Shown: piece after piece, positions 12,901-26,019 of the stretch
Layout: the number at the start of each line of letters is the position of its first letter
Position numbering within the stretch: the first letter of the stretch is position 1
Assembly: GCA_000388065.2 (NCBI GenBank)
Contig: KB932201.1
Strand: one strand, 5' to 3'
DNA length: 64,000 bases
Origin: Fonticula alba ATCC 38817
Lineage: Eukaryota > Protista > Nucleariida
Translations under genes and position numbers: made by a program
The notes under the pieces: model-generated
The model's database searches: none
What the model was told of the DNA's origin: nothing
The model's input: the letters and a program-made list of their open reading frames with translations, nothing else

Positions 12901-13956
12901 TTGGAGCCGAGCTGGTCGAACTCGTTGAGAAGACATCCGCCAATTGCAGCAGATCGGACGAGACGCTGGGCGCCGAGCTGGCCGAGGTGATCGGATCAAA
13001 GAGACCCATTGAGGGGGACATGGGCCCGGCAGAGGGCGGGAATGCCACCGACCGGGTGTTGAGCATCGGCGAGAAGCTCAGCAGGCATTGGTCGGTCCGC
13101 GGGGCGGACGGGGCAAGGGCCGGGGCTGGGGCCGGAGCCGGGGCGGCCAGCGGGCCAGGTGGCGGGCGGCGGGCCAGACGCCGGCTGCGCGCGCGCTGGT
13201 TGATTTGGGCCATGCGCAGGCCGAGGGCCTCATCATCGAGCAGGCCCCGCGCGGCCAGATCGAGCGTCTCTTGCAGCGCGAAGTCGATGGAAAAGTCGTC
13301 CAGATCATCATCCGAGTCGTCATCCGAGTCGGCAGGACCCATGGTCGAGATGGCCGTGCCGGTGATGGCGGCACTGCCAGCGACATCAGTGGCGATGGTG
13401 GTGCCCCTGTCAAAGGACAGCAGACGCCGAGTGAAACCCAGCCCCGGGAGCCCATGCAGATGAAGGGAAGACCCGCCGGCGGGATCGGTGCTGCGGGAGG
13501 GGGCTCCGGAGGAGGTGGGGGCGACGCCCAGGCCGACCGGGTGCCCGGCCGAGGGAGTTAGCCCCCCACCGACGGCCGCCAGCGAGTGTGTGATGTGCCG
13601 TGACAGGCGCGAGAGGCGTGACTGTGGCCGAGAGGAGCCGGTGCGACCGGCGGACGTTGTGTCCTGATTGCGCTGACGCTTCGCTGGTGATGCCAGGATC
13701 AGGTCATCGGTCAGGCGGTCAGGGCGGCTGGGGCTGGCGGGCAGTTGCGCGGAGCCGGTGCCGGTATTCATGCCGGTGCCTGCATTGGGCATCGGCGAGT
13801 AGTGTAGGTCCAACAGGGTGCCAGTGACCGGACCGGCAGCCTCAACATCGACAGTCTCGGCAAAGTCCCGCTTTCCAGCATTGAACAGACCTGCCAGGTG
13901 GACAGGCATATCAGAAGGCGGTCAACATGAGCACATGCCATGGGGGGAGGAGCAGG

Positions 13957-14001
<45 letters not shown>

Positions 14002-14533
14002 AGCTGGCCCATGATAGGATGGGCAGGCCAAGAGGCCAAGACATACGCTGACTGGTGGAGCTGACGATGAACTGTGGTGCGTGGACAATGTTGCCGATTA
14101 GGCTGGTGCTTTGCCGACGCATTGACCGGAAGAAGGCCCGGCTACGGCCCGGTGCTGTCTCGGAGCCGTCATCCTCGGATAGTTCGCCACTGGACGAGGC
14201 GCCCGACTGCGGGTGCAGGGCCAGGCTAGACAGGCCGACGGATGGCGATCCGGGTGAGAGGGACAAGCTGGACACACGAGGCTCGAACCCAGGGGCACCC
14301 GGGGCCAGGGGCGGTCGACCGGCGGGTCGAGGCGATCCCGAGGCCGCCGGGTCCAGCGTTGCGACATTTTCCAAAGCCGACATCAAGGTCGACACCATGC
14401 CACGCCAGACATTGGAGGTGGAGGCATTGGAGTCGGACTCGGCGCCGGGCACCGCCGGGCGGGAGGCCTCCTGCGCCGGGCGCCGCCGCGGTGCGTGCAC
14501 GGACGCGGGCGGGGGTGGCACACGAAAGGCCAT
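10000..14533 (-). CDS. Large multi-exon hypothetical protein with a ~25-residue polyproline tract and a predicted helical C-terminal half
   Basis: Frame-consistent exons 14533-14047, 13890-12507 and 12405-12282, then further exons (VFSAATILRDEKFNP; TVVPGWAKIESRLDDLSQF; ELQLLQLLANIISDVG) ending MENLLPT* at 10000. The polyPro uses mixed CCG/CCT/CCA codons, so it is genuinely coding. No family recognised. Confidence 0.7.
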
Positions 14534-15442
14534 CCTCGGTGGGTGCCTCGAACAGAAGGGGGGAGCACGGGGGCAGGCGCGTACGGCGGAGGGGGAGAGG
14601 GCGCCGGGCGCGCGGGCAAGGCAACAAGCGAGAGGCGATGGGGCAAGGAGAGTGGGGGGGGGGAGACGGGGGAGGTGCGAGGTGCGAGGGGAGGGGGCGG
14701 GCCCACGGTGGCAAGCATGTGGGGCGCAGGTTGCATCGGCTTGCTGGCCGAAAAAAAAAAAAGACAACATCCCCCGGCATCCAGTTCTCGACACATGCCT
14801 CTGGGGGTGTCCGCCCCAGAAAGGCGAGGGCAGGGGGTGGGGGGGGGGCCTATGCAAGGGGCCATGGTCAGAGAGATCTCACGGGGTGCTTGCGCCTCGC
14901 GGACGCTGTCCGGCAGGGCTGGCTGCGGGCGCGGGAGCTCGGTGCCGGCTGGCCACGCCGCCCGTCTCTCAGTGCCGACGCCGGCGAGGCTGAGAGGCCG
15001 GCCGGCGCTCTTCCCGGCGATGGTCGGGGGGGACCATTCAAAAAGCCAGGCCGTTAGCTTGGGGAGAGCTGCCAATGATTCCCGACCGCCCAGGGTTTGA
15101 GGATCCTGCCTGTCCGCGGGGGACATTCACTATGGGGGGGGGGGGGATTGTGGCTCGCTTGGCCGCGTCCCTGGGGGGCGACCAGCGCGAGAACGCCCCC
15201 CCACATTGGCAAGGCACCGGGCACTTCGTCCAAGCCGCGTCAGCACCACCCGAGACATATGTTGTAGGAGGCCCCCACCGCGTGGGGGGTCTCTACCGGG
15301 CGGGGAGTGCCAGTGGCCTGGCCCCACGGACGCACACAGTTGGGAAGAACTTTCGGACGCGGTGGGAGCCGGGGATTTTGGCCGCCGCGCAGACAGGTAT
15401 CAGAGGATTTATGCCGAATCGGATGTTCAAAACCCATCTGAA

Positions 15443-15521
15443 GGTTGGATGGCCGAGTGGTTAAGGCGCCAGTTTAAGGCACTGGTGGGAAACCGCGTGG
15501 GTTCGAGTCCCACTCCAATCA
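15443..15521 (+). tRNA. tRNA-Leu (anticodon AAG)
   Basis: Acceptor stem GGTTGGA/TCCAATC, D-arm TGGCCGAGTGGTTAAGGC, anticodon stem CCAGT/ACTGG with loop TTAAGGC, long variable arm, T-arm GTGGG-TTCGAGT-CCCAC. Followed by a T5 Pol III terminator at 15525-15529. Confidence 0.97.
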
Positions 15522-15896
15522 AACTTTTTGATCTTTCGCTGTCCCGATCGTGGGCGTGTCCGTCTCGCCAGAATCTCTTGTTCCTTTTTTCCCCTCCCCC
15601 CCCCCCTCCGACCAGCTCCGCAGCAGTGCACACCGGCAAATGTGTGCTCGCCGAATAAGGCAATACCATCACCTTTTGCCTGGCCAGGGGGCGGATTCTT
15701 TGAGCCCCTCGCATATGNNNNNNNNNNNNNNNNNNNNNNNNNNNNNNNNNNNNNNNNNNNNNNNNNNNNNNNGGGGGGGGGGGGGGGGGCGGGGGGGGAA
15801 GGCAGTAAGGGAGAGCGCGGAAGAGGGGAAGAAGAAGTACATACACACATCTTTGCCAATGTGCTGGCGATCTAGCAAGTGGGGGAAGTGGGATAT

Positions 15897-16692
15897 TTAC
15901 ATGATATAGGGCATGCGGCCATCGACTGACTCGCCGGTGGCCGCGATGCCAGATGACAAGCTGGGGTCCAGGCGGCCAAGCAGGAAGGCTAGGTCTTGGT
16001 CGACCGGGTCATCGGGACGGGACACCGTGGACGCCATATTCCCGGGGGCTGACCGGGTAAACACACGCCCCCCGCTGTCGGCACATCGCCTCCGGCACCC
16101 GCACAAATGCCCGGGAGCCGGAGTCGCGGCGATGGTGGGCGAGGCCAGGGTCGATGGGCCGGCCGGTTGGATGTAGCACACACACTGGGAGGAGATCATC
16201 GGTGGGAGGAGACGTGGCGCGTGGTGTCCATGGCCGTTTGCCCCGGCGGAGATCGTCGCAGGGAAGGAAGGACCACCGGTTGGCGAAACGTCACCCGCGT
16301 CAGAGGCAAAGGAGTTTGGCTGGCGAGAAGTAGCACGGAGGGTGATCGGTGAGTAAAGGAGTGCACATGGAGAAAGAACGTGGCACGAAGGGGGAGAGAG
16401 AGAGGGGGAGAGAGGGAGGGGGAAAAAAAAGGAAAGAGGGGGAGGGGACACACGAGAAAGGGCGACTGAAGGGGTGCCACGCCCGGACGCGGTGCCCCGC
16501 CCGATGCGGCAGGTGCGCCGGATGCGGAGGCTTCGCTCAGAGTAAATGAGGATAAGCTGTTGGCCAAGAGGGAGGGTCCCACCTCGCCACACATGGTGAC
16601 AGGTGACCCTCCGGGGGGGGACCTAGCCACAAGGAAGGGCCCGGGTTGGCTGGGGTGGGTCGGCAAGGACATGGTGGGAGGCGGGGCATGTG

Positions 16693-16729
<37 letters not shown>

Positions 16730-17072
16730 TGCGTATGTGTATGGGCGTGTGCGCGTGCGTGTGTTTGTCTTACACCAGAGTGTGTGGGTGAAATAGGGGG
16801 AGAGGGGGGCAAGGGCAGGAAAGGTAGGCGGAGGGGGAGGAAGAGCGTGCTTGATTTTGGTAGATAAAGGGAACCCCTTGCGGGAGTGTTTTCTCTCTCA
16901 GGCAGATCTCACCGGGTGGGGGGGGGGGCGGAATGGGCAGGCGCCACCTGGGGGAGGGGGCGCTCCGAACAGCCACCGAACGCGAGAGCTGGACCAGGAT
17001 ATGGTCGGAGTGGGGAGCGCATGTCTGAGAAGGCCATATCGAGAACGAGAGCGCGAGTGAGCGCGAGAGAGC

Positions 17073-17112
<40 letters not shown>

Positions 17113-17262
17113 GGAATATGAAAGGAGTGTCGGGGAGCACCAGTCCTCGTGTTGCCCATCCGGAGAGAGCCCGAAGCCGCCTCGGAGTCGTCCGGGACAC
17201 GGGGGGGGGGGGAGGGGGTAGGTCAACGCGGGGACACCGGCCGGATCACCTCTGCTTGCCAT
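15897..17262 (-). CDS. Small spliced hypothetical protein (Ser/Pro/Gly-rich)
   Basis: Frame-consistent intron 16453-16320 joins ...VAPLQSPFL to PNSFASDAGD...DQDLAFLLGRLD...PYIM*. A possible upstream exon starts at 17262 (MASRGDP), spliced across a (CT)n/(CA)n intron to ~16649; an alternative start lies at 16672. No homology recognised. Confidence 0.45.
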
Positions 17263-19906
17263 CGAGGGCGCGGGCTCACGCTCGCCCCCCCCCTTGATGC
17301 AAGGGATGATCGATTCCGACGTGGCAACAGATGTGCGCCCCAGCGAAACAGGGGGCGATCTGGGTCCACCCTGGGGGAGAACGGAAGGCGGGGGGGGGGG
17401 GGGGGGCACAGCCTCGCGCCAAAGCACCTTCTCGTAGACCAGTCCTTTATTGGAGGAAGGCGGGTCGGCTGCCAGGTACCTCGCTCTCAGCCTGCTGCTG
17501 CAACCTGCGCCGGGGACCGAAAAAGAAGAGGGGCAGGCTCAAGCAGTGGGACAAGAGCGAGCAGGCGCCCCCTCTCCCCCGAGGGGAGGAGTGATTGAGC
17601 GAGCAAAACAGCCCATGGGGCATACCTAGATCACATCGTCCGCGCATGTGCCCATAGAGCGGTAAGCACGTGCGACCCCGTGGGGAGAGGCGAAAGAGGG
17701 TTCAAATCCCGGGCCCCGGCCTCGGGCCCTCGACAGTCGGGCCATCTTCCATCCCAGCGGTCCTGCTGTGCCCGCCAGAAACGGGCTCCAACGGCGGGTG
17801 AACCGAACGAGAGAACAAGAAAGAGGAGGGAAAAGCAGGAGGGAGACAGAGGAGACTCCATACGCCGGCGTCCCATGCCTCGTCCCCCCCCCCTCCCCGA
17901 CATCAGGGCGGTCGGAGCCCTCAAAGGTGGGTAAATATTGGCTGGTGAATTATAAAAAGCCAAATAAAGCCCATCTGCCTGGAGGATAACGGGTCTATTA
18001 AACTGAGCTCACACGGCTCTTGGTGTACCCTCGCCTGCTGAGAACCCCCGACTCTCGCAGGACGCCTGGGGAGAACGGCATGTCAACTGTTCGTCGGGGC
18101 ATGACCCGGCCCGGGGGAGGGGGTCAAGCGGTGTGAAGAGGCACGGCGCGGGAAGCACCTCCCCTTCGAAGGCGGGCTGTCCCTGCCCGGCCTCCTGACG
18201 CTGCTGGCCTGCGCGCACATCGAGGAGCGAATGCTCCAGACCACACGTGTTGGCGGTTGAGCGTTTTTGCCGGTGCGCCCTGACCCCCACCCCCGTCCCC
18301 CCCCCTCCCCATCCCCGAACTGCGGCCCTGGTCATTTTCCATGGACCCAACGTTCTTGCTGAGCTGCCCGTCTTCGTGCCCACCCGCACCCGGAGACATA
18401 GCTGCCTGTTGAAAAGCCCTCGGTCCCACGCTGGTCAATGGCCTGGGGCAGGGTCTCGTGCAGGGGGCGGTGTGCGCGTGCGCGTGCGCGTGCATGTGTG
18501 CGAGCGAGGCGAGAGCGCCGCGGCGAGGCAGAGCGAGAGCGCCCATGCGCGACAGACCGATGGGACTGATCTACGAGCGGGGACCGGAGCGGAGACGTGT
18601 CATTGACACGGGGCCTAAGGCGCTCTGGGCGGAGGGCAGGGTCGCCCAGAAGCCATGGCAAATGTCCGTCTCTCCCCCGGAGGGCGGCGCGCCCGCGCAA
18701 CATGGTCTCACTATCCTGCCTTCCGTCGCCTCGGGCCGCATGCTGCAACTCGGCTGGGCAGGCAGTCTCACACCAATTGCGAGCGCGTCGGACTTGGGGC
18801 AACTCCGCCACTCTTGTCAGGGGGCCAGCACCTGTGCTTTGTCTGCCGCGACCCGTCCGCCAGCGCGGCCCCCGCCCCCCCCCCCCGCCCCCACCCGCGC
18901 GTTGCCTGCATTTACTCCGACCTTTGTTCCCCAAGCTTTCCCCAGCACCTCGGCTGCTGGTGGACACATATCCGGGGCGCGGGACCGCACCACAGACCGG
19001 AGTAGTGCACTGAACCCCCCCCTTCTCGCCCTTGCCTGTCCTGCTGCTCCCTTCTTCCGGCCCCTTCCTCGCCGTCGCCCCTCAGGCATGCCCAAGTGCC
19101 GCCCCCCCCCCCCCCCCCCCTCTGGGCGGGCCTCCGCCCGTGTCTCTCCCGCCCTTTCCCGCCGGTCCGGGGGCAAGAGGTTGTGAGCAAGGGTGGGGGA
19201 GGGGGCGGCGGCACGCGCCAGCTCGCGCATTCGCGCGCGTTTCCCGCCCGGAAAGCCCGCCCGATCCGTCCAAGGGTGTTTCATCGACCTTTATTTTTTG
19301 GCATACCTGCCCCCGGATTCGGCCCCCCCCCCCCGCCCCACTGTTGCCGGCTGGCTTCCCAGGCGCTACGTCGTCTTCCGGGCCCCGCTCGCGCGTGCTC
19401 ACCCAGACACGCAAGCGTAGGCAACATGCTTGCGAAACGTTGGAAGGCCTTGCCAGCAAGCAGGTCAACGCGAGATATCAAGCGAATAAACCGGCGGGCA
19501 GGCGCGAGAAAGACACGAAGCCGAGGTTCGGCCGGTGCAAAGGGAACATGGTTCCTCCCACCTCCCCCCATTCGCCCCCCTCCCCCCCCCCCCCCCCCCC
19601 CCCCTATACACTGTGCTCTCAGCTTCTTTCTCTCTCCCGCCTCTCTTTTCCTTGTGGGTGTGGAGCACATGCGTTGGCAGTGTGCGACGGTTACCGCCGC
19701 CGAGCTCGGGTGTGGTCCCAACCGGGGGCGCAATCCGGCGGAAGGTGAGGCTGGAACGTGGGCGGAACGGCTCGGGGGGCAGGACGCTCATCTTCTAGAT
19801 GCTAGCTGCTTCTCCCCTCCGGCGGGGGGGGGGGGGGCCGTGACACATGGGCCTCATAGACTGGCTTGTGGCCTTTCGAGGATGTGTCCACTCCCCTCAT
19901 CGGCCA

Positions 19907-19986
19907 CCCCTCCCCAGCTTGGACTTGACGTGCCACCAAGCTCCCCCCCTCCTAACTCCCTCCTGCCCCATTCCCTCGTCCTTGTG
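19907..19986 (+). repeat. 80-bp direct repeat, copy 1 (identical to 23418-23497)
   Basis: Base-by-base identity with 23418-23497. Contains the inverted repeat AGCTTGG...CCAAGCT. Confidence 0.9.
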
Positions 19987-20432
19987 GGCACAGCAGGGGC
20001 GGGCGGGCCCCCCCGCATATGCCCAGGAATCTGGCAGAGTCAGTCACCAACAGGTCTCTCTCTCAGACTCTCCTCCTCTTGGCCCCCTTCGTCCCCGGCC
20101 TGCCAGCAACGGCTGGAAGGAGCCACAGCCCCGCCGGATCGCCTTCTTCGGCCACCGACCCCTGCTTTTTCCCGGCCTGCCGGCCCGCATCATCCTTCTC
20201 CTCCTCCCCATCCCACTCCTAGCCCCCTCCCCCTTCCTCGCCTCTCTCTCTCTCTCTCTCTCCTTTCCTCCTTTCTCCTCCTTCCTCCTCCTCGGCGTCT
20301 CTCTCCACTCTCTTGCGCCATCGCAAAGCCCTTGGGTGTGGGTTCCGTTCCTTTGCCGCCCGCCGCACGGCCAACGACCCCCACCCTTCCCTCCGCGGCT
20401 GTGACTTCTCCACTTCTTCCTCCCTGATCGCC

Positions 20433-23162
20433 ATGAGCTCCCCACCCTCCTCGCCCATGCCGATGGAGGATGATGACGGCATGTCATCGGCCCACGGCTC
20501 GCCCGCCGCCGGTACCCCCCCTCCCACTCGTACCCGGTGCGCGGCCTGCCTTCCTTTCTCTCTCTCTCTCCCTCTCTCTCGCTCTCACTGGCCGCCCCAC
20601 AGCTTGACATCCGCCCTACCTCGCCACTAACCTCCTGTATCCCCCCTCCCTCCCTTTGTCCTTCTTCATCTCTCCCTCTCCTTCCGACACACGCCCACAC
20701 GCTCACACATCACGTCAACGCACATACACACACACACGGACACGCACACGCCAACGTACTCCGAATTCTCGCCGACAGCAAGAAGCGCGCCAATCACAAT
20801 GAGCTCGAGCGCCGTCGGCGTATGTTTCAAAAGACTCGCCTGGATGACCTGCGTCAGGCGATCCCCCACCTGCGTGTTGAGCGCCCATCCACCGTGCTTG
20901 TGGTCACCAAGGCCAAGGAGTACATCACCCATCTGCTGAGCACCCTGCGCGATCGGCACATGGAGCTTTCCAAATTCTGCCTCGCTCGTGGGCTCGCCCC
21001 GCCCCCTGCCTTCAACCCCGACAATTACTCCCCCGTCAGCCCGAAGCAGCTTGGCTCGGGGCGAACCCCCACCCCGCAACCCTCCTCGGACAAGGGCTCT
21101 CCCGCCGAGTCAACCGACCTTACTGCACGCATGGCGGCAGGTGCGACTCTCTCTCTCCCTCTCTCCCTCTCTCTCTCCCTCTCTCCCGCCCACCTTCCGC
21201 CGCCTTGCGTCTTCTCTCGCACCCGCCCCGGCACTTCCCCTCCTTCCCCGACCCTAACTATGTGCCCTTGCATCGCACGTCCCGAACCCCATGCCGCCTC
21301 CAGACCTTCAACTTCTCCAAGCCGAAGAGACAGCCTTGCGAAGCGAAATCGCCACGCTGGAGCAGCGCCTTGAGCGGCACCCGAAGCGCCAGCGTCACTC
21401 GCCGGCCGAGCCCTCGATACCGCCCATCAAGCGCGAGCCACGTGTCAGCATCAGCTCCCTCCTATCAGACCCGGAGCCCGCCGACCAGCATCATCACCAT
21501 CACCATCACCATTACAACTTCCACCAATCGGCCCCACCGCAGGTGGCTCCGCCGCAGCCGACCCCCTCGCGCCGCCCGAGTCTGGTGGAGCTGAGTGAGG
21601 TCTCGGTGGCCGTGATGGCTGTGGCCCAGGCCCAGCGCTCGGGCGCCTCCCAGGGGCTCGGCCTGCCGCAGACTGGCGGGGATTACGCTGCAATTGCCGC
21701 TGTGCTGCCCTCCCTGCCGGCCGTAGTGCCGGACAGCGAGGTCATGGAACGGGCAGCTGCTACGGCCGCCGCCGCCGCCGCCGCCGCCGGGGCTGCTGCA
21801 GCCGGGACCAATGCCCTTCCCAACAATTTCACCTTCCCAGACCCGGAGCCCTCGGCCGATCCCGAAGCCCTGACCGCCCCGATCAGCTCATCCTCCAGCG
21901 CCTCAGGCCTCGGTGGAATTGGGGCCCTGGCTGGCGGCGGGTCGTCACCCTTGTCACGCAGTGGCTCCCCGGCTCCCGGATCCATGACCTCCGGAGGGAT
22001 CGAAGACTCCCTGAGTTCCAGCCAGCTGGTCGACGAGAATGCCTTCATGTCACCCTTTTCGCCGGCAGCTCTGCTGGCCAATCCTGCACTTCATCGCTTG
22101 CAAAGTGGCGAAAGCAAATTCTCCGAGCGCAAGGACCACGCAGATCGATCCTTCGAGCTGCTCAAAGCCGAGTGCCACCGGCGTCGTGGCAGCGTGATGA
22201 ACCCATCGGATGTGGCGGCCGCCGGTCCGGGCGGGGCCCTCGCGCATTCCATCGGCTCCGATGTCGGTGCCGGCATCAACAGCGATGGCCTGGCCGGTGG
22301 GCCTCTTTCTCCTCCGGCTGGTGGATCGGTCATCGTCCGGCGAGGCGGCCTCTCGGTGCAGGCGTCCCCGGCCGCGATGCTTTCCATCCCAGCAGCCATG
22401 GGTTCGACATGCGGCCTGGGTGCTGCTGCCTCGCCGGCGGCGCCATCCCCCCCCGCGCCTCTGGCTTCCCCTTCACCGGCAGTGACTCCATCTTCGGGTT
22501 TGTCAGTGCCAGCCCCCACCGGCGTGGCATCCCTCCTTGCCGCCAGCACGCCGGGGCTCGTGCACCCGGAGTCCGGGACATTCCATCTGCTGCCCCAGCT
22601 GCGCGAGGAGGGGCCACCCGGCGGAGGGCCAGACATTTCCGGAACCTCTGCCTCTCGTCTGGCGTCCTCGTCAGCTCCTCACAACCAGCTGCCCTCCGAC
22701 GGGGTGATGAGCGGACCGTCGCCCGGGTCGATCGGCTCCGGCAGCCTGCCCGGGTTACCGGCGCTCGGAACCACCGTCCTGCCCAGTGCCAGGCTTCTCC
22801 TGGCTGGCGGGAGTGGCTCCGCCGAACTGGAGACATCGGCCGCCCCGGGTGAGTTCGTCGCTCCGGCGACCGGCATGGCCTCTCCCGTTGCTGCTGCTAC
22901 CCTTGTCGCCGCCACTGCCCCGACCACCGCTGCTCCGCCACCAGCTCGTAGCGGGCAGGTCGAAAATGGTGCCATCATCCTGGCCCAGTTTGCCGAGCAT
23001 GCTCGGCGTCTCAGTTGTCCGAGCATTCAGCTGGAGGAGGAGTGCGTGGCGGCCGCGGCGGCCGCAGCCGCGGCAATCGCTGCGGCTGCTGACTCCTCAG
23101 GCATTGTCGATCGCAGTGGCCCCTCCGTCCTTGAATCAGCATCCGGCAGTTCTAGTGTCTGA
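20433..23162 (+). CDS. bHLH transcription factor, Max/Myc/Mad-like basic region, about 774 aa
   Basis: Exons 20433-20536, 20779-21140 and 21304-23162 sum to 775 codons. KKRANHNELERRRR...RLDDLRQAIP...STVLVVTKAKEYITHL has the H-N-x-x-E-R-x-R-R basic motif of E-box-binding bHLH proteins. Confidence 0.85.
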
Positions 23163-23417
23163 TTATATGCGTGCTCCACAACCTTTCCCCTCTCCCTCCT
23201 GTGTCCTCCCTCTCCCTCTCTCCCTCTCTTTCCTGTCCCCTTTGTGGTTTGCGCATAGTGTGTGCCATCCGTTGCTTTGTGCCCATTCCTCCCTCCCCCC
23301 CCCCCCNNNNNNNNNNNNNNNNNNNNNNNNNNNNNNNNNNNNNNNNNNNNNNNNNNNNNNNNNNNNNNNNNNNNNNNNNNNNNNNNNNNNNNNNNNNNNN
23401 NNNNNNNNNNNNNNNNN

Positions 23418-23497
23418 CCCCTCCCCAGCTTGGACTTGACGTGCCACCAAGCTCCCCCCCTCCTAACTCCCTCCTGCCCCATTCCCTCGTCCTTGTG
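23418..23497 (+). repeat. 80-bp direct repeat, copy 2
   Basis: Identical to 19907-19986. Begins at the edge of an N-gap. Confidence 0.85.
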
Positions 23498-23620
23498 CCC
23501 CCTTTGTCGGCCCCCGCCTCACCTCCTACCGATACCGGCTTTCGTCCCACTCTTCTCTCTCTCTCCCCCCCCCCCCCCCCCCCACATCCCTAGCATCCGC
23601 ACCCTGTTCTCAGGTCAGCC

Positions 23621-24867
23621 ATGGAGGACCTCCCCTCCGGCGCGAATGCTGCGGCTGCGGCCGCCTCACTACAGGCTGCCATCGAACACCTCGAGCAGGC
23701 CGAAGCCATGAGCCGGCATGAGGACTCCCTCTCCCCGAAGTCGGTCAACTATCACCGGCCGTCGGACGGCTATCAGATCGTCGCCCCGCCGCCCCTAATC
23801 ACCGAGGCTCCCTATGACTTCAGCCTTTCGCATTGTGCGTGCTTTGCTCAGCACCCGGACCCCGGCCGTCCACGCTTATGCCTCCGTCTGGCGTCACACA
23901 TCTCACACCTCCTTCCGTCACTTTCGTCCCCCCCCCCCCCTCTCCCTTCTCCTCCTCTCGGCCTTTCTCCCGTGCCTGCTGATAGTCACATACCGATCGA
24001 TCATTCGTGTGCTTACTGAGGTCCCGGTGGCTCTGCTGACCATGCTCAGCACAGCCATCTCCTCGACCAAGTACCTGCTGTACCTGTTGGTTAATGTGTC
24101 CTACACCGCGATCATCACTTGTATTACCTTTACCTGGCATCTATTCGCCATCATCGGTGTCGCGTTTTGGGTATGTGACTTCCCCATCCACTTGCAGACA
24201 TTGTGCCACTTCCGGCCATCCTTGGTCCTTTGCATCTTCTCCGGTAGAGCATTCATCCCCTTGCTGACCCCTCTCCTTCTCCGCCTCCGCTCCCGCCCCC
24301 TACCGCCGTCTCCTCCTCCTCCTCCTCATCCTCCTCTCCCCCTCTGTCCGCAGCGCTTCATCCAGTCTCTCCGCTCATTCTCTCGGACCGCGTACCATTT
24401 CTCCCGGTCGCCGATGGGTGTCATCTCGGTCATCCTTGTCCTGATGGTCGCCCTGTCCGCCAATTCCGGGCACCATATTCCCTCTGGGGCCGGCGGCGTT
24501 GCTGCCCTCTTCAGCGGTCCAGTGGGCATGGCCCTGACCGAGCCCCTTGTCGTGGTTCGGGACTCGGTGCAGACGGCCCTGGCTCAAGCGGCCGATCGCA
24601 TCCCGATGGGCCAGTCCATTGCCGCGGTGAAAGTTCTCTCGGAGCAGGCACAGGCGTCCATTGGTCAGGTGTATACAGGTGTGACGGCCCTCCCGCAGTC
24701 CTTCCTGGCCTGGTTGCGGCAGCTGGTCGACTCGTCGGTGGCTCTGTTGCCGGCCGCATCGTCGCTGCCCTCGGTTTCCCTGCCCTCCTTGTCCCTCCCG
24801 GCGCTCCCCACGGCTGGGGACTTCCTGCCGACCGGGCTCTTTGCCGTGCGCAAGCCCCTGCCCAAGT

Positions 24868-24904
<37 letters not shown>

Positions 24905-25981
24905 CGTCCGGCCAACGCGCGACCCTCGCAGCACCTGGTCCCTTCGCCAGCTGCTTGATTGGCTGCGTGCTCTTCTAAACAGCATGGTCCCAGGGTTCCT
25001 GCGTCTTGATGCGGCCTCCGGCCCCGGCTCTCCCGGCGGTGCTGGTCCCTTCGTGCCAGTGCCGACTCCAGCCCGGCCGACGATCCCCTCGACCGTTGTC
25101 GCGCCCGTGGGTGACCTTGACGTCGGCCTGGCCGAGCAGCTGACCAATGAGCTGTTGGCCCTGAAGTCGGAGCTTGCGCGTGTGTCGCGCGAGTGCACCG
25201 CAGCCCGGGCCCATGCCTCCGAAGCACTCATTGTTTCAAAGAATGTGGCCGCCGCCGAGCAGCCGGTCGTCCCTGCGGCGCCAGTCATCGCCGAGGTGGA
25301 TCCGGTGCAGCTGCAGGACTTTGTTCGCAGTGCCGATCTCGACAGCATCATCTCGGCGTCCGGATCTCGGCTGCTGGCCGACCTGCTTGCTGACAAGTAT
25401 CTGCCGGACTTGCGTGCCGAGGTGGCTTCGCAGATCGAGGAGTACGTATTCGTCTTTGCCCGTTCTTCATCTCGGCTCTGTCTGGCCATCGGATTGCCCA
25501 TCCCAAGAGTGCCTTCCCTCGTCCGCCCTTCACTCCCTCTCTCTCTCTCTCCCTCTGCTTCTCTAACAATTGACAAACACCAAACACCGGGAAACATCCA
25601 CCCAGGCTCGCCCAGCGCTTCGATACCATTGCCCAAAAGGAGGCCAGCATCTTGGCCCAGCTGGAGGGCGTCCGCGACTCGGCCGACCGGGTGGCCATCC
25701 TCGAGGCCCTCTATGCTGGGGTGGAGGAGTCGCCCGCCCTGTCGCCCCTGTATGCTGGCCTGTCTAAGCTTGGCACCTCGGTGGATGACCTGGCCGGGCA
25801 GTTGTCTGATGAGGTGGACTTCATTCGCAAGGCCGTGCCGCGGGTTGAGCGGTCAGCCGCCGATGCGGAGGAGCATGCGCGCATGGCACGCGCTAGCCGA
25901 ACCGACATCCCGGCCCTCGTAGGCCAGGCTCTCCTGGATGCTGATCTCCAGGGTCTGGTTGATCGCGCTATTGCGGCCAGC

Positions 25982-26019
<38 letters not shown>

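Noticed and set aside
17640-17725. B-box-like GGTTCAAATCCC with upstream tRNA-like bits
   Set aside because: No acceptor or anticodon stem can be formed and the T-stem is only 3 bp. It is not a tRNA, and a lone TFIIIC site is unsupported.
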